Origin: Balanoglossus misakiensis
Lineage: Eukaryota; Animalia; Hemichordata
Reading direction: 5' to 3'
Length of the DNA: 64,000 bases
Assembly: GCA_040954595.2 (NCBI GenBank)
Contig: CM082579.2
Location: 1,050,922 to 1,114,921 of the forward strand
Shown: piece after piece, positions 38,208 to 50,200 of the stretch
Numbering within the stretch: the first letter of the stretch is position 1
How the letters are laid out: each line of letters opens with the position of its first letter
Translations under genes and position numbers: made by a program
Notes under the pieces: generated by a model
What the model saw: only the letters and a program-made list of their open reading frames with translations
What the model was told of the DNA's origin: nothing
Database searches by the model: none

Positions 38208-41200
38208 CGGTTAGAACAACGCCAATGGTCTCCCTTTGTACATGTTCTTCTTGGCTGAACAACACATCAAAGTACTTCTACTAGTGTGCATTAGAACTGT
38301 GTCTATTTCTGATACTTTGTTCTCTCTTTTTGTGGCGGTGTATTTTTGGTCAAAATTTGATTTGAAAATGAGATATGAAATGTCCACCGATTTTATGATT
38401 TCATGAGAAGATGAACATGCTATTTATCTCTGAATCCGTGTTTACTTTCAGTGAAGAAATCAGTTCCGTCTGCAAAGAGCACTGCAGCCGCGTCTGCTAA
38501 TTCCAAAGGTAAGTGACATTACAAATGCCAACCACAGGAATTTAATCAGGTTTAAATTACTTGGCTTAACAAAACCAGAGAGCCACTATATGCTGATACT
38601 TAGAAAGTAAATGTTTGAAATTCTAAGCGGAGTTTGAGTTTGAGTTGATTCCTGACAGTGAAAAGTGAATATCTTTGATTCCAGGGAAAGCTAGCATTGA
38701 TATGGCCAGTGCATCAATGAAAAGACAAAAACTGGATGAAGAAATAGAACTGCCTTGGCTGAAGACTCTTAAAGGAGGTGATGCTTTCTACAGCAGGGAT
38801 GCGGATGGTAGGTTTTAGTCTTCAGAAGGATAATTTGGAAAGGACTGGTTGCTATTAGATTTGGGGAAGTGATTTAAGACATTATTTGTAACTGCATTAT
38901 AGAGCAACATCGTATTGTCCTGTTATGAAAAAGTTTTCTTGAACAAATCATAGTTAATTTTTAGATATGCATTGCAATAACCCAAAACACATTCGTACAT
39001 CAATAACTTCTTTCAATATACAATCGTAGGTCAGCATCCCATTGCTCGCAGGACTGTCATTGTCCCAGAAAAGGATAGACCAGACACTCCTGCCATGAAG
39101 CAAAAGACTCCTGTGATAAAAGTCCCCAAAAGCAGATCTGCGAAGAACGCATCGGTTGTCAAAGTTCATGCATCGGGTGCTCCCAGATTGCAAGTCACTG
39201 CAACAAGTTCTGGTGAGAGCTCCCAACAGAGCAATGGACCTATCTCTACAGGTGTGTATGATATCTTGAAAGTTTTAACAGTTATCTTGCTGTTGTCGTT
39301 AGGTTTTGACTAATGTGGCAAATATGATTTCTCCAATTTTAGCCCCAAAGTGCCAGGAAGTCCAAAAGATCCAGACTCCAAAAACGCCAGGAAGTAAGGC
39401 ACCATCAGCAAACCGGACTGGAACTCCAGTTGCTAGTGTTTCTACTCGTGCTCAAGGGAAGACTGGAAAAGCTGCCAAGAAGACTTCTGTTGCTCCAGGC
39501 TCTGCCTCTGATCCAACACTGCAAAGTGTGAAGACATCACAACAAGAAGGTACCTGCTTTCACTTTTTATATCTGAGAGTTCCAGATTATAGAAGTCTTC
39601 TGGGCGTGATTTCTATTTCTTTCCAAGTGTGTTATAAATATTTGTGACAATAACTCTCAAATTCTAGTTTATTTACCAACTACCAAAAAGTCTTGAATTT
39701 CTTTGACAATGACTGCAATCTCCCCCTTTCTGTTTCTGTTTCTCAGTCACTCCGTTGACCTCTGCCTCGGATAAAACCCTGGAAAGTACCAACATCAAGA
39801 CACCAGGAATTCAAACCAACTTTGCTGATAAAGTTGATGGTAAGTAACCATGAAATGCTTGAACAGGAAAAGAGAACACAGGTTCCTTAGTGTAAAGTGA
39901 TAGAAAGACACAAATTCTGTGTCCGATCATCACATTGTTGCTCAGAAAACAAACTCGCAAAAGTGTATAAACATCATAGTCCTAGTTCCGTCTGTTTCGC
40001 GAAACTACTTGATGTCTTAATCCCGTAAAAATTACAGACAAAACCGATGGAGCTCACGGAGATGTGGATTCCGGAATGCCATCGATGGCAGCTGGAAGTG
40101 ACTCGACTTCTGATGGAAATTCCATGACAGAGAAATCAGAAAGTGTGGCTCTGTATGGAGACTTTGTGGACAATGACGAAGGTAACAGTTGTTTTCCTTG
40201 AAAGTCCATTAGAAATCATTTGTTATTTCACAGATTGAAAATATGACTTTTTTCACACTTTTGACCAGTATTTCCTCAGTAGTTTTCTCAGAAATCCTCC
40301 ATGTCCTTGAGTCTATTTATTAAGAAAATTATTGTCCTTTGACAGTGGGCAAATCTGACTCTGCTAGTAAAGGAGACAATACCGTCGCCATGGAGGCAGT
40401 TGTCATGAGAATGGCCATATCCCCTGATCCATTGAATGAGACTGAAGCTGGTGATTTGATGGAGAGAATGGTCAAGGCAAAGTCAGCTGGCTTTGTATTT
40501 GATGGTTCAGGTAAATATACATTGTATGATTCAAGTTGTATTCATGTACTTTGAGTCTACATACATTTTGGTGCATTTATCATGTGTAAATATGAAATCA
40601 AAAACTCTACAGAACTTTGAGTTCAATAATTATAATACACTGTGCAATCAGGTGCATGAACTTTTTCTCTGTTTCTTTGCAGGACAATTACCAGACTTTG
40701 AAGAAGATGGATTTAGCGATGGTAGTGCTTTCAGTCTGGATAGCAACTCTGATGCGGATTGCAAAGGTCAGTGTGTCACGAATCAAACTTTGTTTTGTGT
40801 TTGTTGTTGAATCTGGCCAAGATGTCATGATAGCGCCATGTTAAAAGTATGGTATAGTCCCGTATACTGAATTTAAAATTTGAATTTTCTGTTTTAATGA
40901 GTTTGCCCAAACTGCAAGTAATTTACGTTGACCATTTCTACATGTATTTTGTGTTTTGTTACAGATCTGTCTGACACAGAATCAATTCTGTCTGAAAGCA
41001 GTGATGATGGTTCAGTCTTTGACAGTATCAGTTCACTGTCTGATGATGACATCAGTTCACTCTCAGATGATGACGTTTTTTCCGTGTCTGATATGACAAT
41101 GTCAGATTCAGATGGAGAGAATAGTGAGGATGAATCGATGATTCTGTCCCCCAGTGATACATCTGATAGTAGCCGTGCTGGAATGAAAATAACAACACCT

Positions 41201-44200
41201 GAGATGGATGACAATGGTAAATAATTTACATGTTTCATTTTTGTGGACTATACAAACTTCTGTGACTGGCCATCATATGACTGGACTCTTGTTTAGGAAA
41301 TTGAAATGAGAATTTCAAAGCTGATGTTATTCTTTTTACATATTTATTTTGGCATATTCATTTCAGAACAAAGTGAAGAGATTGAACTTCCCGAAACTGA
41401 CAAAGTTGATGAAGATGTGACTACACCATTGGTATCAACTGATGAGGTGCCTTCCTACATGGAAATTAACTTTCTGCGTGATCAGAAAAGTAAGTAACCG
41501 TTTGGTTTGGTCCAAGTCCATTATTTCTATGGTAAAGTTGGACCTCTATATCAGGAAATGGGGAGAAAGGGGTAAATCTCAATTTTAATCACAAGATATA
41601 TCAGAGGAAATATTACAAAAGGGACAGGGAATATTTCCAGTGCTTGATCCTTATCTGCTTGAGATATGTTTATATTTTTTATATTTATTCACAATTTATT
41701 TCATGTACATATGTGGTGAAATAATCTTTTCTGATAGGTGCAGAAACCACTTCTCAGTTTGATGATATTTCTTCCCCGGTCACCAAAACTGAAGCCAGTT
41801 TGGAAGCAGAAACAGCATATCTTCCAGTGTTGGATGGGAAACCCAGTGCCACCTCACTGCAGACAGAAACATCCACAACACCTGGTAAACAACTTAATAT
41901 TGATGCTCAGATATGTTCAGCAACCGTATCATGTTATGCATGGTTGATGTATATCTGATAGAAATTGTTCACATGGATCAATTTTTTATTTTATTGATAC
42001 ACGCAGTCAGATTCAGTGGGAGTTAAACCCCATTATTATTATGGTTAGAGTACAAACAGTCGCAGACAAGGTAGTGATGCCATCATTGAATGTGTCATTT
42101 ATTGCAGATAATGAAAATCACGAACTTGGCAATATGGCAGATTTATCTGCTGAAGATACCCTTAGTGATATGACTGATCGAGCTGACCGTGAAATCCTTG
42201 ATGCTATGTCTGATCTTTCTGATCATGATACTCTGGATGATGTGTCTGATATAACTGATTGTGACTCTTTTGCTGATATGACTGATGTAGCCGACCTCAA
42301 CACACTTGATGATGTGACTGATAAAGACCGTGACAACCTTGGTGATGTATCTGATGAAGCTGACCATGACTCCCTTGGTGATATGACTGGTATGGCTCAT
42401 CATGACACCCTTGGTGATAAGACTGATGAAGACAGTGACACACTTGATGATGTGACTGATAAAGACCGTGACAACCTTGGTGATGTATCTGATGAAGCTG
42501 ACCATGACACCCTTGGTGATAAGACTGGCATGGCTCATCATGACACCCTTGGTGATAAGACTGATGAAGACCGTGACACACTTGATGATGTGACTGATGA
42601 AGAACGTGACAACCTTGGTGATGTATCTGATGAAGCTGACCATGACACCCTTGGTGATAAGACTGGCATGGCTCATCATGACACCCTTGGTGATAAGACT
42701 GATGAAGACAGTGACAAACTTGATGATGTGACTGATAAAGACCATGACAACCTTGGTGATGTATCTGATGAAGTTGACCATGACTCCCTTGGTGATATGA
42801 CTGGTATGGCTCATCATGACACCCTTGGTGATAAGACTGATGAAGACAGTGACACACTTGATGATGTGACTGATAAAGACCGTGACAACCTTGGTGATGT
42901 ATCTGATGAAGCTGACCATGACACCCTTGGTGATAAGACTGGCATGGCTCATCATGACACCCTTGGTGATAAGACTGATGAAGACAGTGACAAACTTGAT
43001 GATGTGACTGATAAAGACCGTGACAACCTTGGTGATGTATCTGATGAAGCTGACCATGACACCCTTGGTGATAAGACTGGCATGGCTCATCATGACACCC
43101 TTGGTGATAAGACTGATGAAGACAGTGACAAACTTGATGATGTGACTGATGAAGAACGTGACAACCTTGGTGATGTATCTGATGAAGCTGACCATGACAC
43201 CCTTGGTGATAAGACTGGTGTGGCTCATCATGACACCCTTGGTGATAAGACTGATGAAGACAGTGACAAACTTGATGATGTGACTGATGAAGAACGTGAC
43301 AACCTTGGTGATGTATCTGATGAAGCTGACCATGACACCCTTGGTGATAAGACTGGCATGGCTCATCATGACACCCTTGGTGATAAGACTGATGAAGACA
43401 GTGACAAACTTGATGATGTGACTGATGAAGAACGTGACAACCTTGGTGATGTATCTGATGAAGCTGACCATGACACCCTTGGTGATATGACTGGTGTGGC
43501 TCATCATGACACCCTTGGTGATAAAACTGATGAAGACAGTGACAAACTTGATGATGTGACTGATGAAGAACGTGACAACCTTGGTGATGTATCTGATGAA
43601 GCTGACCATGACACCCTTGGTGATATGACTGGTGTGGCTCATCATGACACCCTTGGTGATAAGACTGATGAAGACAGTGACAAACTTGATGATGTGACTG
43701 ATGAAGACCGTGACAACCTTGGTGATGTATCTGATGAAGCTGACCATGACACCCTTGGTGATAAGACTGGCATGGCTCATCATGACACCCTTGGTGATAA
43801 GACTGATGAAGACAGTGACAAACTTGATGATGTGACTGATGAAGACCGTGACAACCTTGGTGATGTATCTGATGAAGCTGACCATGACACCCTTGGTGAT
43901 ATGACTGGTGTGGCTCATCATGACACCCTTGGTGATAAGACTGATGAAGACAGTGACAAACTTGATGATGTGACTGATGAAGAACGTGACAACCTTGGTG
44001 ATGTATCTGATGAAGCTGACCATGACACCCTTGGTGATATGACTGGTGTGGCTCATCATGACACCCTTGGTGATAAGACTGATGAAGACAGTGACAAACT
44101 TGATGATGTGACTGATGAAGACCGTGACAACCTTGGTGATGTATCTGATGAAGCTGACCATGACACCCTTGGTGATATGACTGGTGTGGCTCATCATGAC

Positions 44201-47200
44201 ACCCTTGGTGATAAGACTGATGAAGACAGTGACAAACTTGATGATGTGACTGATGAAGACCGTGACAACCTTGGTGATGTATCTGATGAAGCTGACCATG
44301 ACACCCTTGGTGATATGACTGGTGTGGCTCATCATGACACCCTTGGTGATAAGACTGATGAAGACAGTGACAAACTTGATGATGTGACTGATGAAGACCG
44401 TGACAACCTTGGTGATGTATCTGATGAAGCTGACCATGACACCCTTGGTGATATGACTGGTGTGGCTCATCATGACACCCTTGGTGATAAGACTGATGAA
44501 GACAGTGACAAACTTGATGATGTGACTGATGAAGAACGTGACAACCTTGGTGATGTATCTGATGAAGCTGACCATGACACCCTTGGTGATATGACTGGTG
44601 TGGCTCATCATGACACCCTTGGTGATAAGACTGATGAAGACAGTGACAAACTTGATGATGTGACTGATGAAGACCGTGACAACCTTGGTGATGTATCTGA
44701 TGAAGCTGACCATGACACCCTTGGTGATATGACTGGTGTGGCTCATCATGACACCCTTGGTGATAAGACTGATGAAGACAGTGACAAACTTGATGATGTG
44801 ACTGATGAAGAACGTGACAACCTTGGTGATGTATCTGATGAAGCTGACCATGACACCCTTGGTGATATGACTGGTGTGGCTCATCATGACACCCTTGGTG
44901 ATAAGACTGATGAAGACAGTGACAAACTTGATGATGTGACTGATGAAGACCGTGACAACCTTGGTGATGTATCTGATGAAGCTGACCATGACACCCTTGG
45001 TGATATGACTGGTGTGGCTCATCATGACACCCTTGGTGATAAGACTGATGAAGACAGTGACAAACTTGATGATGTGACTGATGAAGAACGTGACAACCTT
45101 GGTGATGTATCTGATGAAGCTGACCATGACACCCTTGGTGATATGACTGGTGTGGCTCATCATGACACCCTTGGTGATAAAACTGATGAAGACCGTGACA
45201 CACTTGATGATGTGACTGATGAAGACTGTGACAACTTTGGTGATGTATCTGATGAAGCTGACCATGACACCCTTGGTGATAAGACTGGTGTGGCTCATCA
45301 TGACACCCTTGGTGATAAGACTGATGAAGACAGTGACAAACTTGATGATGTGACTGATGAAGAACGTGACAACCTTGGTGATGTATCTGATGAAGCTGAC
45401 CATGACACCCTTGGTGATATGACTGGTGTGGCTCATCATGACACCCTTGGTGATAAGACTGATGAAGACAGTGACAAACTTGATGATGTGACTGATGAAG
45501 AACGTGACAACCTTGGTGATGTATCTGATGAAGCTGACCATGACACCCTTGGTGATATGACTGGTGTGGCTCATCATGACACCCTTGGTGATAAGACTGA
45601 TGAAGACAGTGACAAACTTGATGATGTGACTGATGAAGAACGTGACAACCTTGGTGATGTATCTGATGAAGCTGACCATGACACCCTTGGTGATATGACT
45701 GGTGTGGCTCATCATGACACCCTTGGTGATAAGACTGATGAAGACAGTGACAAACTTGATGATGTGACTGATGAAGACCGTGACAACCTTGGTGATGTAT
45801 CTGATGAAGCTGACCATGACACCCTTGGTGATAAGACTGGCATGGCTCATCATGACACCCTTGGTGATAAGACTGATGAAGACTGTGACAAACTTGATGA
45901 TGTGACTGATGAAGACTGTGACAACCTTGGTGATGTATCTGATGAAGCTGACCATGACACCCTTGGTGATATGACTGGCATGGCTCATCATGACACCCTT
46001 GGTGATAAGACTGATGAAGACAGTGACAAACTTGATGATGTGACTGATGAAGACCGTGACAACCTTGGTGATGTATCTGATGAAGCTGACCATGACACCC
46101 TTGGTGATATGACTGGTGTGGCTCATCATGACACCCTTGGTGATAAGACTGATGAAGACCGTGACACACTTGGTGATGTGACTGATGAAGACCGTGACAC
46201 ACTTGATGATGTGACTGATGAAGACCGTGACACACTTGATGTGACTGATGAAGACCGTGACAAACTTGATGTGACTGATGAAGACCGTGACAACCTTGGT
46301 GATGTAACTGATGAAGCTGACCATGACACCCTTGGTGATAAGACTGGCATGGCTCATCATGACACCCTTGGTGATAAGACTGATGAAGACCGTGACAACC
46401 TTGGTGATGATGCGGCTGTGTCTATAGAAAAGCAATGCAGCAATGATGAACTAAAAGGAATCAAGGAGTTCTCAGCAAAAGGTAATTCCTGTGTACACCG
46501 GTTTAATTTTGATCAGCTGTCTAAACTTTCACTACCTATTGGAGTTTGGTTCATCTTAGCTGTGTCTTCTTATACTCTCATCGCAGTAAGCAAAGATAAA
46601 CAGCTTTTTGTTTGTAAGACTTACATTTTGAATTGATTTTTCCATCTCTTTCATGTACATAGAACTGTTGGAGGCTGCGTGCGCTTCAGGTTTGGACAGT
46701 GACAGTGAAGATGAGGACTGTGATATGATTGGAATTTGGAAAGCCAGAATTCAGGCAGAATTGGCCACTGCTGGACCTAATGCTAGTCGTATGTTTACAA
46801 ATTTAATTAATGATCACTACTTGTTATTACATAACCTGTCCAAAACCGAGGTGAATCAACCCGAAAAAGATTCAACCATATTCCTTTGTTGTCACCAGAA
46901 GTTCTGTACCTTACTGTGAATGAATATAATGTGAATGTATATTTTATTTTGGCAGAAGTTACCAACAATGACTCCACTTCTAGTACAGAAATTGACAACC
47001 TTTCTGAAGTTTCTCCACCATTGTACCAGCCAACCTTCAACGTGACACCGAAACGAGATCCTCTACAGAAGGAAATCTCAGAAATCGAACTTGATAACAA
47101 CGGTAAATATATCAGCCACAAGATATATGAAACTTTTCTCATGAACTTAACTTAGATTTCAATTATTTGTGCCATCATGGTGACATTATTATTTATCATA

Positions 47201-50200
47201 TTTTGTATGATTTTCAGGAAAATCAAGCAAAGGTGATTCAACTGCAGGATGTGACCAACTTGATGATGACAACGATGAGACTGATATCGATATTTTGCTG
47301 GATTACACCTTAATTGACAAACGAAGTATCTCTGGTTTGGATGACTTGCCAGAAACCAACTCTGACATCGAGATATTGCCAGAAACTCTTCCCACCTCTG
47401 TCGATCTGGATCGTATCTCACCCGTTGGCAGTTTCACCAGTGGGTCTGTAGACCTTGCCAGCTTCATGTATAGTGGCCCTGAAATCTCTTCTACCAGCCC
47501 TACAGCCTCGAAGATCGATGGTAATCAAGGTAATAGTATTATTTCAATGTATACAATCAAACTTATAGGGGTTGAAAACCATATGCTAGTATAAATCTGT
47601 ATGAGTAAAGCCCAGAGCTGCCACTGTAAGCACATTTTAAACAATAAAATCATTCAATCATTGCCATATCCTAAGCCAACAGATGATACCATTTTCAATT
47701 TGAGGAGTTTCTATTACCCATGTGCACGTCAGTAACCATTATAGTATATATACTCTTGCATATTATGCCCTTTTAACATACCCTGATAATGAAATGCTTT
47801 CTTTTTTTATAAGCAGCGCTGGAGGACTTTTTGAATATGTCAAGTATGTCCAGTTTGGACCTTGAAGATTTGATCCTTGGTACAACACCAGATTCCAAGA
47901 TGTTGCCCAGCAGAAATAGCCAACAGGATGAAACATCCAAACCTGGACTGGATGCAAGAGGTAAACAGAATCCTTTGTACATTATACATATTAAAGTATG
48001 ATCAGTTTTCCTGGAAATGTCAGTTTTCAGGAAACTTACCATTTCTATAATAAACTGCAACTCTATGTTGATTTTTCCCCAATAATGTCAAAAATACTAT
48101 GTTTATTGTTCATGTAGAAAACCGTGACGTGGACCTAAAACTGCCTACTTATGACAAATTGTACAAGGATTTGACCAGAAAGACCAATGGTTTGAACCTT
48201 GTGAAAGAAAATCACCTTTCAGCTGAAGGCAAAGGTAAATCATTTCTTAGAGTGTTTCCTAGTTTATAATTACTTTGTCCTGCCTTACCGTTACTATATA
48301 CTTCAACTCTATAAAACATTGTCCAAATAGTGGTGGTGCTTTATCAGCTTTTTCAGTAAACCCATTGAAAGGAGAATTTGCTCATAATGTCAAAATACTA
48401 TGTTTATTGTTCATGTAGAAAACCGTGACGTGGACCTAAAACTGCCTACTTATGACAAATTGAACAAGGATGTGACCAGAAAGAGCAATGATTTGAACCT
48501 TGTGAAAGAAAATGAGTCTCCAGCTGAAAGCGAAGGTAAATTATTTCCTGCATAGTATTTCATCATACCTTACGATTATTATATACTGCAACTCTATAAA
48601 ACATTTTCCTGGTAGTGGTGCAGGTGCTTTATCAGCTTTGCAGTGTAAACCCAACAAAAAGTTGAGTTTCCTCATAATGTCAAAATATCACATGTATTTC
48701 TCATGTAGAAAACCGTTACGTGGAAGTAAGACTACCTACTTATGACATGCTAGTATTGCGCAAGGATGTGACTTCATCACTGACCAGAAAGAGCAATGGT
48801 TTGAACCTTGTGAAAGAAAATCACCTTTCAGCTGAAAGCAAAGGTAAGTCATTTCTTGCAGAGTATTTCATAGTTTATAATCACTTTGTCTTGCCTTACC
48901 GATACTATATACTTCAACTATGTGCATCGTTCGTGTAGAAAACCGTGACGTGGACCTAAAACTGCCTACTTATGACAAATTGAACAAGGATGTGACTCCG
49001 TCACTGACCAGTAAGAGCAATGGTTTGAACCTTGTGAAAGAAAATCATCTTTCAGCTGAAAGCAAAGGTAAGTCATTTCTTACGGAGTATTTCCTATAAT
49101 GACCTTGTCTTGCCTTACCGTACTCTATAAAACATTTTCCAAGTAGTGGTGGTGCCTTATTTGCATTTTCAGTAAACCCATTGAAAAGTGAATTTGCTCA
49201 TAATGTCAAAAATACTATGTGTATTGTTCATGTAGAAAAACGTGACATGGACCTCAAACTGCCTACTTATGACAAATTGTACAAGGATTTGACTCCATCA
49301 CTGACCAGAAAGACCAATGGTTTGAACCTTGTGAAAGAAAATCACCTTTCAGCTGAAAGCAAAGGTAAGTCATTTCATAGTTTATGAGTAAAAAATCCAG
49401 GTAGAGTGTGATGAATAACTATATTTCTGATGAACTATAAATGTTGCTTTAAAACATGTATTTGACTTTGAAAGCCTGTGCATTAATTTCAGGAAATGTA
49501 ACCAAAGGGACTGGCCTATCTACAAGTAACAGCATTGTAGATGACATAGCTTCAACTCTGTTGAAGTGGAAATCTGTGACCACCACCAAACAGACTGACT
49601 CTTCATCTAGGAGTGAAGGTAAACTACATTGTGTAATGTTGATTAGAAATGCTCCATATAAATGTATATAATCTCAAACAATGTTAATCTGCAAAAGAGG
49701 TATAAGGTCCACAAAGTTTAATTAAAGTGTGTTAAAATTTAAAGTTGGTTATTTAAAATTTCCGATCAAACTCTGTACAGCCCAGATCATGTGCAGAGAT
49801 CATGGAGTTCTGTCATACTACTGAACATTTAGAACATATTATTGAATGATTGTTTTGTGATTTAGATGCATTGGATGAGGATACTGACAACAGTCATGAG
49901 GAACCAATCACATCCTATGTTCCATCTTTTGATAAGAAACCTCGCCGTGCCTCACTCAAGAGGGAGAAATCTGCCCTGAAACTTGACAATGACGGTAAGA
50001 AACTAATCCATCCATTAGTAGATAGCCATATACTGAGGCACATATATTGAGTGGATTCTGAAAATAAAACCAAACTTGTATAAGTTAGACTGAGACAATT
50101 TGTAGGCAATCAACCTACATGTGAGTACTTCAGTTCTAAATGAGATAAAACGCTAAATCCTACTTTCATCCTATTTTTTTCATCATTCAAGGTTTTGTCC

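Noticed and set aside
42300-46410. CRISPR-like appearance of the regular array
   Set aside because: There are no unique spacers and no cas genes; it is a contiguous in-frame tandem repeat in a eukaryotic gene.
42143-46435. Two giant antisense ORFs (1430 aa hydrophobic; 1312 aa His/Gln/Cys-rich) over the repeat
   Set aside because: The 138-bp unit has reverse-strand stops (TCA) in only one frame, so two antisense frames stay open automatically. The array sits in a sense exon with proper splice sites and phase.
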